This document shows, piece by piece, positions 44,305 to 54,925 of a stretch of DNA of 64,000 nucleotides. The translations under genes and the position numbers were made by a program. Every line of letters starts with the position of its first letter. Positions within the stretch are counted from its first letter, which is position 1. The stretch comes from Azospirillum sp. 51_20 (lineage in GTDB: Bacteria; Pseudomonadota; Alphaproteobacteria; RF32; CAG-239), in the NCBI GenBank assembly GCA_001917175.1, contig MNTV01000020.1, forward strand, positions 114,810 through 178,809, written 5' to 3'. The notes below the pieces were generated by a model. That model did no database searches, had not been told where the DNA came from, and worked only from the letters and a program-made list of their open reading frames with translations.

Positions 44305-44682
44305 TTACTCCTGACGCTCGGTTACAACGATGGTAATGTTGGAGAAGGGTTTCAAAACTCTTGCTCCCCTGCCGCGGCCTCTTGCGTGCATGCGTTTCAT
44401 TACCAAACCTTTTCCGCAATAAGCTTCACTGACAAAAAGCTTATCGATGTTTAACTGATGATTGTTTTCAGCATTTGCAATCGCCGATTGCAAAACTTTC
44501 AAAACCGACTTGGCAATTCTCTTCTTGGAGAAAGTGAGTTCGGCAACAGCCTTCTCAACAGCCAATCCGCGGATCGATTCGGCAACCAGGTTAAGCTTGC
44601 GGGGACTCGTGCGCAGCGCATTGCAAACGGCCTGAGCCTGATTTGCCTGCAGTCTTCTCGTATCTTTAGACTTTCCCATCAC
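44305..44682 (-). CDS. rplV: 50S ribosomal protein L22
   Basis: [51 protein letters not shown]. Confidence 0.95.
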   Translation of the reverse strand: MMGKSKDTRRLQANQAQAVCNALRTSPRKLNLVAESIRGLAVEKAVAELTFSKKRIAKSVLKVLQSAIANAENNHQLNIDKLFVSEAYCGKGLVMKRMHARGRGRGARVLKPFSNITIVVTERQE

Positions 44683-44960
44683 TAACTCCTCTTGGCTTTC
44701 TTGTCGGCTGCGTGACCGTAGAATACGCGGGTCGGGGCAAATTCGCCGAACTTGTGGCCGACCATATCTTCGGTAACGAGAACCGGGATAAACTTATGAC
44801 CATTGTGAACACCAAATGTCAAACCGACGAACTGCGGCAGCATGGTGGATCTGCGCGACCAGATTTTGATTACTTCGTTTCTGCCCGAAGCTCTGGCGGC
44901 GTCTGCTTTCTTCAAGAGATATCCATCAACAAACGGTCCTTTCCAAACTGAACGTGTCAT
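44682..44960 (-). CDS. rpsS: 30S ribosomal protein S19
   Basis: [18 protein letters not shown]...[11 protein letters not shown]. Confidence 0.95.
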   Translation of the reverse strand: MTRSVWKGPFVDGYLLKKADAARASGRNEVIKIWSRRSTMLPQFVGLTFGVHNGHKFIPVLVTEDMVGHKFGEFAPTRVFYGHAADKKAKRS

Positions 44961-44975
44961 TAGCTTATCTCCTTA

Positions 44976-45809
44976 TTATTTCTTGTTGTCGCGACGGGAT
45001 CTCATGATAAAGCGATCCGTCTTCTTGTTGGAACGAGTCTTGCCGCCCTTGGTCGGTTTGCCCCACGGCGTGGTCGGATGACGTCCGCCCGAAGTACGGC
45101 CTTCACCACCACCCATCGGGTGATCGACAGGGTTCATGGCCACACCGCGGGAAACGGGACGCAGTCCCAGCCAACGGGTACGGCCGGCTTTGCCGAGAGA
45201 TTTGTTCTGATTGTCCGGGTTGGAAACGGCACCGACCGTCGCCAGACATTCTTCGCGAACAACTCTCAGTTCGCCCGAGCTCAGCTTCAACTGAGCATAA
45301 CCGGCATCTTTACCGACAACCTGAGCATAGCATCCGGCCGAACGAACCAGCTGGCCGCCCTTGCCCGAACGAAGCTCGACGTTGTGAATAATGGTACCGA
45401 CCGGCATGTTCTTAAGAGGCATGGCATTGCCCGGCTTGATATCGGCTTTGGCGGCCGAAATAACCTTGTCGCCGGCTTTTAATCTCTGCGGAGCGAGAAT
45501 ATAGGACTTTTCGCCGTCTTCATAGCAGATCAGAGCAATGAAAGCGGAACGGTTCGGATCATATTCGATTCTCTCTACAGTTGCCTCAACATCAAACTTA
45601 TTACGTCTAAAGTCGATAATTCTGAGCTTGCGTTTGTGTCCGCCGCCCTTTCTCCGACTTGTAACATGTCCGAAATTATCGCGCCCACCGGTCTTGGTAA
45701 GACCGATTGTCAAAGACTTCTCAGGAGCTCCTTTGTACAGCTCGGATCTGTCAACGATAACCAGCTGGCGAAGTCCGGGAGACGTGGGCTTATATGTTTT
45801 TAACACCAT
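44976..45809 (-). CDS. rplB: 50S ribosomal protein L2
   Basis: [21 protein letters not shown]...[30 protein letters not shown]. Confidence 0.95.
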   Translation of the reverse strand: MVLKTYKPTSPGLRQLVIVDRSELYKGAPEKSLTIGLTKTGGRDNFGHVTSRRKGGGHKRKLRIIDFRRNKFDVEATVERIEYDPNRSAFIALICYEDGEKSYILAPQRLKAGDKVISAAKADIKPGNAMPLKNMPVGTIIHNVELRSGKGGQLVRSAGCYAQVVGKDAGYAQLKLSSGELRVVREECLATVGAVSNPDNQNKSLGKAGRTRWLGLRPVSRGVAMNPVDHPMGGGEGRTSGGRHPTTPWGKPTKGGKTRSNKKTDRFIMRSRRDNKK

Positions 45810-45812
45810 TTT

Positions 45813-46130
45813 TTAAATTCCTGTTGTAACATCAATATTTTGACCATCGGCAAGAGTAACCAAAGCCTTCTTGAAATCGGAACGGCGTCCCAGATTGTTT
45901 CTGAATCTTTTGGTCTTGCCAGCCTGACGAATGGTATTCACCTTGGTTACTTTAACGTTGAAGATAGCTTCAACCGCAGCCTTGATCTCGTCTTTGGAAG
46001 CTTCCAGCGGAACGCGGAAAACGATTTTTCCGGCTTCGCTCGAGAGCATCGACTTTTCGGTGATTACCGGACGAACCAGCGTATCGTACATCTGCGCAGT
46101 TACATTGTTGGTTTTCTCGTTCTTACTCAT
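45813..46130 (-). CDS. rplW: 50S ribosomal protein L23
   Basis: [28 protein letters not shown]. The ATG at 46130 overlaps the rplD stop (ATGA). The track start at 46151 is less likely. Confidence 0.9.
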   Translation of the reverse strand: MSKNEKTNNVTAQMYDTLVRPVITEKSMLSSEAGKIVFRVPLEASKDEIKAAVEAIFNVKVTKVNTIRQAGKTKRFRNNLGRRSDFKKALVTLADGQNIDVTTGI

Positions 46131-46747
46131 TTCAATCTTTCCTCCAAGCAACTGACGGCATCTTTAGTCAATACCAGTTTGTCTTTTCTTAAGATGTCAT
46201 ATACATTGGCACCGATCGTCGGCAAGACGTCTACGCCGAGGATGTTGCGGGAAGCCAATGCAAAATTAATATCAACCTCTTGTCCGTCGATGAACAGGCA
46301 GTTGTTCAGACCGCAAACGTCCAACTTGGCTTGCAAGTCTTTGGTTTTGGGACTGGCCAGCTTGGCCTCATCGACGATAACGAGGTTGCCCTCTTTGGCT
46401 TTGGCCGAGAGAGCGGTTTTCAGACCAAGTTTTCTGAACTTCTTGGTCAAATCATGCGAGTGGTCACGGACAACCGGACCAAACACAATTCCACCCTTTC
46501 TGAACTGGGTGCCCTTGCGGGAACCCTGACGGGCGTTGCCGCTGCCTTTCTGCTTGAACGGCTTGGCCGGAGTCAAGGCAACTTCGGAACGACCCTTGGT
46601 CTTGTGGGTGCCGGCTTGCATTCTGGCCAACTGCCATCTTACAACCCGCTGCAAAATATCCGCACGAACTTCCAAACCGAAAATCGATTCGTTCAGCTCA
46701 ATGGTGCCGACATTTTTATTTTCTAAACTTAAGATGTCCTGTTTCAT
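46127..46747 (-). CDS. rplD: 50S ribosomal protein L4
   Basis: [46 protein letters not shown]. Confidence 0.95.
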   Translation of the reverse strand: MKQDILSLENKNVGTIELNESIFGLEVRADILQRVVRWQLARMQAGTHKTKGRSEVALTPAKPFKQKGSGNARQGSRKGTQFRKGGIVFGPVVRDHSHDLTKKFRKLGLKTALSAKAKEGNLVIVDEAKLASPKTKDLQAKLDVCGLNNCLFIDGQEVDINFALASRNILGVDVLPTIGANVYDILRKDKLVLTKDAVSCLEERLK

Positions 46748-46766
46748 AACTTCTATCCTTTATCTT

Positions 46767-47486
46767 TTAAGCATTATCAGCTGTTTCAGCTTTAACTGCA
46801 ACAGGTTCATCAACTTTTTTCAAACCGGCAGGCATCGGCAGTTCGACATTGCCGCTTTTCTTGACGGCATCGGTAATCCGAACCCAGGCATTTTCGCAAC
46901 CCGGAACGCCGCCTTTAACCATAATCAGGCCTTTTGCAGCGTCGACGGCAACCACTTTCAAATTCTGAACGGTTACACGCTCGGCACCCATGTGGCCGGC
47001 CATTTTCTTACCCTTGAATACCTTACCGGGATCCTGTCTTTGTCCTGTAGAACCATGAGAACGGTGAGAAATCGACACACCGTGAGTGGCTTCCAGACCG
47101 GCAAAGTTATGACGCTTCATAACACCGGCAAAGCCCTTGCCGATAGAAGTTGCACATACGTCAACATACTGACCGGGAACAAAATGTTCTACGGACAATT
47201 CGGCGCCGACTTTAAGCAGGCAGTCTTCAGACACTCTGAACTCGCCCAGCTTTTTCTTCGGCTCAACATTCGCCTTGGCAAAATGTCCTTTCATCGCCTT
47301 CGACACATTTTTGGCCTTTACGGCGCCGGTGCCCAGCTGAACGGCGGTATAGCCGTCGCGTTCCATGGTTCTGACGTCAACGACCTGAAGATTGTCGACG
47401 GAAAGAACCGTAACCGGCACATGAGTTCCGTTAGCCTCAAAAATGCGGGACATTCCCAGCTTTTTTGCGATTAAACCAGTACGCAT
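46767..47486 (-). CDS. rplC: 50S ribosomal protein L3
   Basis: [28 protein letters not shown]...[28 protein letters not shown]. Confidence 0.95.
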   Translation of the reverse strand: MRTGLIAKKLGMSRIFEANGTHVPVTVLSVDNLQVVDVRTMERDGYTAVQLGTGAVKAKNVSKAMKGHFAKANVEPKKKLGEFRVSEDCLLKVGAELSVEHFVPGQYVDVCATSIGKGFAGVMKRHNFAGLEATHGVSISHRSHGSTGQRQDPGKVFKGKKMAGHMGAERVTVQNLKVVAVDAAKGLIMVKGGVPGCENAWVRITDAVKKSGNVELPMPAGLKKVDEPVAVKAETADNA

Positions 47487-47583
47487 TATTTTATTTTCCT
47501 TTTCAATTGGTTGACCTCCCCTGTTTCATGAAAGCCAACATTGCTTTATTTGTTTACGGGTAATTATTTTCGCTTAAAAACAA

Positions 47584-47895
47584 TTACAGTTTGATTTCAA
47601 CGTTGACACCGGCAGCCAGATCAAGCTTCATCAGCGCGTCTACGGTTTGCGGCGTCGGATCGACGATGTCGAGAAGTCTTTTGTGAGTTCTGATTTCGAA
47701 CTGCTCACGGGATTTCTTGTTTACGTGCGGAGAACGGTTGACCGTGAACTTCTCGATTCTTGTCGGCAGAGGGATCGGCCCTCTTACATTTGCCCCGGTT
47801 CTTTTGGCCGTATGAACGATTTCCTTGGTCGACAAATCGAGCAGACGATGATCAAAAGCCTTAAGGCGAATTCTTATGTTTTGTGTATCCATCAT
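47584..47895 (-). CDS. rpsJ: 30S ribosomal protein S10
   Basis: [71 protein letters not shown]. Confidence 0.95.
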   Translation of the reverse strand: MMDTQNIRIRLKAFDHRLLDLSTKEIVHTAKRTGANVRGPIPLPTRIEKFTVNRSPHVNKKSREQFEIRTHKRLLDIVDPTPQTVDALMKLDLAAGVNVEIKL

Positions 47896-48327
47896 TTTTA
47901 ATTACTTTTCCTATAACTAGACGGCAACGATTCGGTTGATGCCAAACTTGCCATCTAAAAATTAACCTTGTGCAAAACCTTGAAATTCAAGGACTGCGGG
48001 ATATTTCATATGACAACCGGCAGACAGATTCCTGCCTTAATGCCGGTTAACGTGAGCGTTTTGTAACATAAGCGCGCCGACATTGCAAGTAAAAAATTAC
48101 TTTTTTTTCAAATTTTTACAAACCTTGAATCGCTTGTCCAGACTCTCGTTGAGTCAAATCCGGACGTTAACTTTCGACATAAAAAAATGACAAAATATTT
48201 TGTCTGTTTTCTTCCTGCCGCCGACTTTTCTTTTCCTCGTTAATCCGATAAAAACGACCGCCTGTCAGCCGACGGCCGCCCTCACTCGCAAACCGGCGGC
48301 CGGCTGAAAAAGCGGCTTTTCGCCGCC

Positions 48328-48359
48328 AAAAAAAGGAGCTCTCCGAGCTCCTTTTTTTT
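48328..48359. terminator. Bidirectional terminator
   Basis: A7-GGAGCTC-TCC-GAGCTCC-T8, downstream of the autotransporter gene. Confidence 0.65.
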
Positions 48360-48375
48360 CAGCAGACGCAAAGCC

Positions 48376-50964
48376 TTAATACCAGCGGTAATTAAAACCG
48401 AGACCGGCGGCAATATCGTCATAGTCACTGCCGGTCGTATAGTTGACGTAACCGTACAGACTCATTTTGCCGTCAAGCGCATAACGGCCGCCGAGTTCAA
48501 TCCGCCCCAGCGTCTGGTCGTCAAGGGAATCCACTTTGCCGAGGTGGGTGATTTTTACTTCATTGCCGAAGTTAACCGTCTGAATAATACTCGGCTTGAT
48601 GTATACCTTGCTGTAGCCGTAAACATGCTCATAAGTCCTTTCCAGCTTGATGCCGAATTCGCCTTCAATCTGATTAAGCATCGAATATTCCGCACTTTTA
48701 CCGTACTTGTCCTTCATATCGTCATAATCAATGCCGGTATAGAATATGCCCAAACTCGGTTCCAGCGTCCAGTTCTGCCCCGGAATGAAAGCATATCCCA
48801 TCTCAATTCCGGCACCGTATTGAGTACCGTCGGCATCCGCTTTCAGATTGTCATCGGTTTCGATTTCCGCGTGCTGAGTACCGGCATATGCCGTGGCAAA
48901 AGTCCAGAAATTGTTGTAATCGTAACGATAATACAAACCGAGCAGGAAGCTTGAAATTTCTATTTCGCTGCCCATGTTGGCCTTAAAATACCCGTCTTCG
49001 CCGACATCATAAGTACCGTAGCGGTAAGAACCGAAAACACCGAGCTTGTTGGAAGCATCACTTTGCAAATCAAGTCCCATATCAAATCCGGCAATCGTAG
49101 CATCCCATTCCTGCGGCGCGCTTACCTGCACATAACGATAAACCGGATTAGCCCACAAATGAGAAACAGCTTTTGTCCGGTAACCGTCTTCGTAGAGGAA
49201 ACCATAGCGTTTAAGCAGAAACTTGTTAGCTCCGACCGAATTGCGGACACTGGTCATAACTCCGCGGTTTTGTTCAATTGCCGCACTGTGCAAGGCCAGG
49301 AAAGAAGCAATTTCCGGCGCCATCGGGCGGAAATCGGGATTGGATTCGTCGGTCATCGTCAGATACCAGCCGCCGCCGGAACCGCCGCCGTCACCTTCTC
49401 CGCCCTCTCCGGCACCGTCATCGGCATTAGGTACAACACTTTCCGTTTCGGAAGGCGGAACGACGTCATCTCCGCCGTCGTCATCTCCGCCGGAACTTCC
49501 GCCTCCTTCGCCGTCTTCGCCTTCATCAACCGTCGGCGCACGATACTCGGACCTCCACATATACGGACTGCCGTACACGCGGTATACGACGAAATCGCCG
49601 GCGGTCTCCCTGTCGTCGGCATTGGCCGAAACAAACAAAATCGACTGATCGGAAGAAATAACCGTTTCCGACGTTGCCTGAACCACGACTTTTGTCGTAC
49701 CGACAACATCTCCCGCCACCGTTATCTGAGAAGCCGTCAATTCATCGGGATTGACGGTTACGGTCAGAATTGAGTCGCCTTTGACCGTATAATTCTGCAC
49801 CGATAAGTTGCCGGCCTGTCCCAACGTGAGAAAAGAATTGTCCAGAACGAAGTTCTTAACGCCGCTTACCAAATTGTTGAACACCACTTCGTCATCGCCG
49901 CTGATGTTAAGATCGAAATCGGTGTTTACGCTGCTGATGCCGTCATCGAAAATGATCCGCCCGCCGTCGGTCACCAGATTGAGAACCCCGCCTTCCATGG
50001 CGATGGCGTTGCTGGTGCTTTCATGAACAACCTCTTCTTCCTCTCCTTCTTCACCTTCCTCAGCCAGCAGACTGACGCTGTTTTTCTCAAACGAAGGGGT
50101 CGGCGGCGTTACCTGAGAATCGTCATCACCATCATCGCCGCCGGCACCGGTATCGCCCCCTTCCCCGGTATCCCCGCCTTCTCCGCCGGTATCATCGTCT
50201 CCGCCGCCTTCTTCAACGGATGGTATCAGGACACGGTTGCCGGAAAAGACGACGTCCTCACCGCGGGCGATAATATTTAAATTGCCGTTGGAGTAAATGG
50301 CACCACCGACACCTGCTTGAGAATCCACGATTTCCCCCTCGCCATTCTCCGTCGGAACAACATTTGTCTGAGCAAAGTTGTCATAAAAACTGGTATTGAT
50401 CAGCGTCAGCTCGTTGCCGCCGGTATTGGCGATTGCTCCGCCATACGCATTGCTCTCCTGAGACACCGCCGAATTGTTACGAAAAACGGAATCGGAAATG
50501 GTACCGATCGTTCCGCTGTTTGCAATTGCACCGCCTTTGGCAGCAGAACCGGTGGTTTCAACAACATTATTCTCAAAAGTCATATGATCAATGCTGCCGA
50601 TGGTACCGTTGTTGACAATCGCCTGTTTCAAATCTTTGATGTTCAAATCGGTAAAATCAGCATTGGCTCCGGTACCGATAACAAAACCGCTGACGCTGGG
50701 AACTCCGCCTTCACCGTCAACCACCTCGACCAATTTTCCCGACAGCGTATGAGAATTGCCGTCGATCGTAAAATCGCCGGCGGCCGCCTCCGGCAGATTG
50801 CCAGTCAAAAGAATGTCCCCGGTCAGAGTTGCGTCGCTGCCCGTCTGCAGAGCGCTTTTCAATTCCCCTTCGCTGGCAACGTCGGCGGCAAAAACCGTTC
50901 CGGCCAGACAACTTAAGGCAATTGCCGAAACGCCGGTTTGCAACAAAGAATAAAATTTATTCAT
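48376..50964 (-). CDS. Autotransporter outer-membrane protein with Pmp-type (GGAI / FxxN) passenger repeats
   Basis: Signal peptide MNKFYSLLQTGVSAIALSCLAGTVFA. Repeated GGAIAN..G...I..S.F.NN motifs. C-terminal beta-barrel-like region ending GFNYRWY. Confidence 0.8.
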   Translation of the reverse strand: MNKFYSLLQTGVSAIALSCLAGTVFAADVASEGELKSALQTGSDATLTGDILLTGNLPEAAAGDFTIDGNSHTLSGKLVEVVDGEGGVPSVSGFVIGTGANADFTDLNIKDLKQAIVNNGTIGSIDHMTFENNVVETTGSAAKGGAIANSGTIGTISDSVFRNNSAVSQESNAYGGAIANTGGNELTLINTSFYDNFAQTNVVPTENGEGEIVDSQAGVGGAIYSNGNLNIIARGEDVVFSGNRVLIPSVEEGGGDDDTGGEGGDTGEGGDTGAGGDDGDDDSQVTPPTPSFEKNSVSLLAEEGEEGEEEEVVHESTSNAIAMEGGVLNLVTDGGRIIFDDGISSVNTDFDLNISGDDEVVFNNLVSGVKNFVLDNSFLTLGQAGNLSVQNYTVKGDSILTVTVNPDELTASQITVAGDVVGTTKVVVQATSETVISSDQSILFVSANADDRETAGDFVVYRVYGSPYMWRSEYRAPTVDEGEDGEGGGSSGGDDDGGDDVVPPSETESVVPNADDGAGEGGEGDGGGSGGGWYLTMTDESNPDFRPMAPEIASFLALHSAAIEQNRGVMTSVRNSVGANKFLLKRYGFLYEDGYRTKAVSHLWANPVYRYVQVSAPQEWDATIAGFDMGLDLQSDASNKLGVFGSYRYGTYDVGEDGYFKANMGSEIEISSFLLGLYYRYDYNNFWTFATAYAGTQHAEIETDDNLKADADGTQYGAGIEMGYAFIPGQNWTLEPSLGIFYTGIDYDDMKDKYGKSAEYSMLNQIEGEFGIKLERTYEHVYGYSKVYIKPSIIQTVNFGNEVKITHLGKVDSLDDQTLGRIELGGRYALDGKMSLYGYVNYTTGSDYDDIAAGLGFNYRWY

Positions 50965-51073
50965 TAGTGATCCCCCAATCGTTAATTTCTTAAATAATAG
51001 TTAATTTTAGCATCTTTTTTTTAAAAAGCTACCGAAAAAAAGCTTTTTCCGCCGGCCGGCCGTTTAAGACAAC

Positions 51074-51097
51074 AAAAAAGAGCCCGGAATCAGGCTC
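51074..51097 (-). terminator. Rho-independent terminator downstream of ychF
   Basis: Reverse strand: GAGCC-N8-GGCTC followed by T6. Confidence 0.5.
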
Positions 51098-51148
51098 TTC
51101 CGGCCGAAGCTTCAACCCCGGCCCCGCATAAAAATTTTGCGGTAAAAC

Positions 51149-52258
51149 TCACACGTTAAACAGGAAATTCAGCAAATCGCCGTCCTGCACGACATAATCT
51201 TTGCCTTCCGAACGCATTTTGCCGGCCTCTTTGCAGGCCTGTTCGCCGCCGTATTTGACGAAGTCGGCAAAAGCGATCGTTTCCGCACGGATAAAGCCGC
51301 GTTCAAAATCCGAATGAATAATGCCGGCGCACTGCGGCGCTTTCGAACCTTTCAGGAAAGTCCACGCCCGCACCTCCTTCGGCCCGGCGGTAAAGTACGT
51401 TTCCAGCCCCAAAAGATTGTAACCGGCACGGATAACCTTCGACAAACCGGTTTCCTCCAGCCCCAGGCTGGCCAGAAACTCCTTCTGCTCGTCTTCGTTT
51501 TCCAACTGGGCGACTTCCGATTCAATCGCCGCTGAAATAACCACCGCCCGGGCATTTTCCGCCGCCGCTTTTTGGGCTACGGCTTCGGAATAGGCGTTGC
51601 CCGTCGCCGCGGAATCCTCATCCACGTTGCAAACGTACAAAACCGGCTTTGCCGTCAACAGCTGCAGCATTTTGTATTCTTTCGCCGCTTCCTTGTCGCC
51701 GGCATCCGGCGCCGCCGAACGAGCGGGCTTGCCGGCCCTCAGCGCGGCCATTACCGGTTCCATCACCGCCAGCCGGATTTTGGCTTCCTTTTCGCCGCCG
51801 CGGGCTTTTTTGACCGTCTGATCCAACCGCTTTTCCAGCGATTCGAGATCAGCGATCATTAACTCCGTTTCTACGATTTCGGCATCGCGAATCGGGTCGA
51901 CCCCGCCTTCCACATGGGTAACGTTGTCATCGTCAAAACAACGCAGAACATGGATTATTGCGTCCACTTCGCGGATATTGGCCAAAAACTGGTTGCCCAG
52001 CCCCTCGCCTTTCGAAGCTCCTTTGACCAGACCGGCAATGTCGACAAACTCAAGCTGCGTCGGCGTCACCGTTTTCGGCTGAACGATTTCCGCCAGTTTT
52101 TGCAGCCGCGCGTCCGGCACCGCCACCCGTCCAGTATTCGGCTCAATGGTACAAAACGGAAAGTTGGCGGCCTGCGCCGCGATTGTCCGCGTCAGTGCAT
52201 TAAACAAAGTCGATTTGCCGACGTTCGGCAAACCGACGATTCCGCAATTAAATCCCAT
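51149..52258 (-). CDS. ychF: Ribosome-binding ATPase YchF
   Basis: [23 protein letters not shown]. The ATG at 52258 follows AAGGAG. The longer track N-terminus is unlikely. Confidence 0.9.
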   Translation of the reverse strand: MGFNCGIVGLPNVGKSTLFNALTRTIAAQAANFPFCTIEPNTGRVAVPDARLQKLAEIVQPKTVTPTQLEFVDIAGLVKGASKGEGLGNQFLANIREVDAIIHVLRCFDDDNVTHVEGGVDPIRDAEIVETELMIADLESLEKRLDQTVKKARGGEKEAKIRLAVMEPVMAALRAGKPARSAAPDAGDKEAAKEYKMLQLLTAKPVLYVCNVDEDSAATGNAYSEAVAQKAAAENARAVVISAAIESEVAQLENEDEQKEFLASLGLEETGLSKVIRAGYNLLGLETYFTAGPKEVRAWTFLKGSKAPQCAGIIHSDFERGFIRAETIAFADFVKYGGEQACKEAGKMRSEGKDYVVQDGDLLNFLFNV

Positions 52259-52367
52259 AAAAAACTCCTTTAACTTGCCAGTCTTTGAAAACTGCTTTTT
52301 TTTATAAACGGAAATCAACCGCTTGGCAACATTGATTTGCGGCAAACGCCCCCGAAAGCGCCGCTTT

Positions 52368-52940
52368 TTACCGGCTTGTCTTCATTCCGATCAGGTTGGA
52401 ATAGGCGGCCATACCTTTTTCGAGCAGCACCGGCAGTGTATCCAGCACCAGTTCGATCACCGATTCGACGCTTTCCCGATCAGCCTTGGAAAAACCGCCC
52501 AGCACATAATTGACCACTTCCGCGCCGCGGCCCTCCGGATGACCGACCCCGATGCGGATTCGGTTGTAGCCGGACGTAACCGCCGCGTCAATCGACTTCA
52601 GTCCGTTATGTCCGCCGGCGCCGCCCCCGAGCTTGGCCTTCAGCCGCCCGGCAGGCAGATCCATATCGTCATGAATAACGACAATATGATCCGGCAAAAT
52701 CTTATAAAAGGACGCCGCTTTCACCACCGAATTGCCGGACAAGTTCATATAGGTCTGGGGTTTCAGCAGATAAACCTTTTCGTTGCCGATTTTGCCTTCG
52801 GCAATCAGCCCGTCAAATTTGCTGCGAAAAGCGCCGAAACCGAACGCCGAAGCAATCGCATCCGCCGCGGCAAAACCGACATTGTGGCGGGTGCCGGCAT
52901 ATTCCGCGCCCGGATTTCCCAAACCGACGATCAAAAACAT
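52368..52940 (-). CDS. pth: Peptidyl-tRNA hydrolase
   Basis: [23 protein letters not shown]...[15 protein letters not shown]. Confidence 0.9.
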   Translation of the reverse strand: MFLIVGLGNPGAEYAGTRHNVGFAAADAIASAFGFGAFRSKFDGLIAEGKIGNEKVYLLKPQTYMNLSGNSVVKAASFYKILPDHIVVIHDDMDLPAGRLKAKLGGGAGGHNGLKSIDAAVTSGYNRIRIGVGHPEGRGAEVVNYVLGGFSKADRESVESVIELVLDTLPVLLEKGMAAYSNLIGMKTSR

Positions 52941-53040
52941 TTGCAACCCTTTAAACAGAAAAACGGACCCGATCTCCGGCCGGCACCCGCCGTTTGCGAC
53001 CAAACGGACGGAAACCGCGGGAAACAGGCCCGCCGCAATT

Positions 53041-53331
53041 TTACTTTCTCAAAAAGTCAACGTGGATCGGACGATCGCTGACCGGATGGAACTGAACGTC
53101 CTGGCAGCTGACTTTGAACTTTTTGCCGTCGACCACGACTTCAATGTCGGCATCATAAAAACCGACCATGTCAAGAGCCTTTTCCAGTTCGACCGGATGC
53201 AGGCTGATCATGACAGGTTCCTGCTTCCCTCCGTAAATGACGGCCGGAACGCGTCCTTCGCGACGACATGCCCGAGCTGCCCCCTTACCTGCTTTCTCGC
53301 GCTTTTCAGCATTAAAAGTAATATCTACCAT
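53041..53331 (-). CDS. rplY: 50S ribosomal protein L25 (short, single-domain form)
   Basis: FNAEKREKAGKGAARACRREGRVPAVIYGGKQEPVMISL...VQFHPVSDRPIHVDFLR parallels E. coli L25. Confidence 0.8.
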   Translation of the reverse strand: MVDITFNAEKREKAGKGAARACRREGRVPAVIYGGKQEPVMISLHPVELEKALDMVGFYDADIEVVVDGKKFKVSCQDVQFHPVSDRPIHVDFLRK

Positions 53332-53715
53332 TTTAAAATTCCTTATATAAAATTGACTGTAGTTTCCGCCGGACCTCCAGGGGTGTCCGCCGGATGCCTC
53401 ATGCTTTTACAACTTTATTTCCGTTTTTTCAAGTGTTTTTAACAACAAAGTTCATCTTCCCGCGGCAGACGGCGTTTCGGCCAAAAACGGGAATCCAAAC
53501 TTCCCCGGCCGGCGGCACAAAACGCTTCACCCCCTTAAAATCCGTCCCGAACCGTCAGACCCGGCGGTTCGGGCACGTTTGCCGGGGCACCGTTCCGGCA
53601 TCCGTCGTTTTCCCCGCCGCGGGAACGGCGGCTTTTGCAAGGACACAACAGACATCCCCGGAAACCCGGGATTTTAAAACCGCTGCAAACTTTGCGGTCC
53701 GGCATAAAACGGTAT

Positions 53716-53908
53716 TGCCCCGGCGCCAAAGCATTCAACCCCGGACAAACCCGGGATTTGTCAGACCCGCGACAAGCTTCCGCCGGCTCACGCAAGCGGC
53801 ATCAGCCGTTCCGAACCTCAAACGCCCGGTCCGAAGCTACGCAAGCCTTACGGCGGGATCGGAAAGCCTGCCCCAGCTGCTAACGCAGACGTTCAAACCA
53901 TAAAAAAA
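53716..53908. repeat. Dispersed intergenic repeat, partner of 38156-38479
   Basis: See 38126-38479; it likewise ends directly at a terminator. Confidence 0.55.
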
Positions 53909-53934
53909 GGAACGGCCTTCCGGACGTTCCTTTT
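53902..53934. terminator. Bidirectional terminator downstream of galU
   Basis: A7-GGAACG-N10-CGTTCC-T4. Confidence 0.5.
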
Positions 53935-53953
53935 CAGTTTTTGCTTTTCCGCC

Positions 53954-54847
53954 TTAAACCATCATGGTATCAAGCAGCTCCTTGCAATAAGCGCGCAGCT
54001 CCGGATTTTCCATCAGCGAGAGCTTCAGGTTGGCTTTGGCCAGATCGGCATTGGTACCGCAGTCAAAACGCATGGCGTCGCACAAAACGCCGGTCAGCTT
54101 CATGCCGCGTTCCGCCGCCAGTCCGGCCGCGTCGGCCAGATTGATCTCGCCGTTGGTGCCCTTTTTGACTTCCGGCAGAATGTCCATGATTTCGTTCGGC
54201 AGGATATAGGGACCCATGCTGGCATAGTTGGAAGGAACCTGATCCAAAGGCGGTTTCTCGATCTTGCCTTTGGCGCGGACGATTCTGCCGTCGCGCACGG
54301 CACCGATCAGGGCGCCGTAACGAACCATTTGTTCGCGCGGAAATTCCATGATGTTTTCCACCATGCCGCCTTCTTCTTCGTAAACGTCCAGCAGCTGCCG
54401 GAGAATGCCTTTGCCGCCGCGGACGTTGATATAAACGTCATCGGGCCACATCACCACGAAGTCGCGTTTGCCGACAATGTCTTTGGCCATCAGCACCGCA
54501 TGCCCGTTGCCTTTCGGTTCGCTCTGTTCGGCAAAATGGAAGTTCATTCCTTCCGGAATAACGCCGCGCACGGCTTTCAGCAGATCCGTTTTGCCCTTTT
54601 CTTCCAGATGCTTCTCCAGCCACGCGTTGGGCGAAAAATAAGTTTCGAACAAATGCTTGCAGGATTGGTCGCTGTAGACGAAAACGACGTCTTTAATGCC
54701 GATCTCCGCACAGGCGTTGATCGCATACTGAATGATCGGCAGGTTGTTTAAAGTCAAAAAGCCTTTGTGTAAAACTTTGGTAGCGGGCAGGTTGCGTGTT
54801 GACAATCCGGCCACGGGGAGGATACAAACCTCAGGTTTTCTATGCAT
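53954..54847 (-). CDS. galU: UTP--glucose-1-phosphate uridylyltransferase-like nucleotidyltransferase
   Basis: ILPVAGLSTRNLPATKVLHKGFLTLNNLPIIQYAINAC, EPKGNGHAVL, and VEKP-like GKIEKP. The ATG at 54847 follows GGAG. Confidence 0.75.
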   Translation of the reverse strand: MHRKPEVCILPVAGLSTRNLPATKVLHKGFLTLNNLPIIQYAINACAEIGIKDVVFVYSDQSCKHLFETYFSPNAWLEKHLEEKGKTDLLKAVRGVIPEGMNFHFAEQSEPKGNGHAVLMAKDIVGKRDFVVMWPDDVYINVRGGKGILRQLLDVYEEEGGMVENIMEFPREQMVRYGALIGAVRDGRIVRAKGKIEKPPLDQVPSNYASMGPYILPNEIMDILPEVKKGTNGEINLADAAGLAAERGMKLTGVLCDAMRFDCGTNADLAKANLKLSLMENPELRAYCKELLDTMMV

Positions 54848-54925
54848 TAAAATCTCCAAATAATAACCGTAACGTTAATACCCGGTACTATAAACGCAAA
54901 AAAACGATTCGACAAGCCCTATCTG

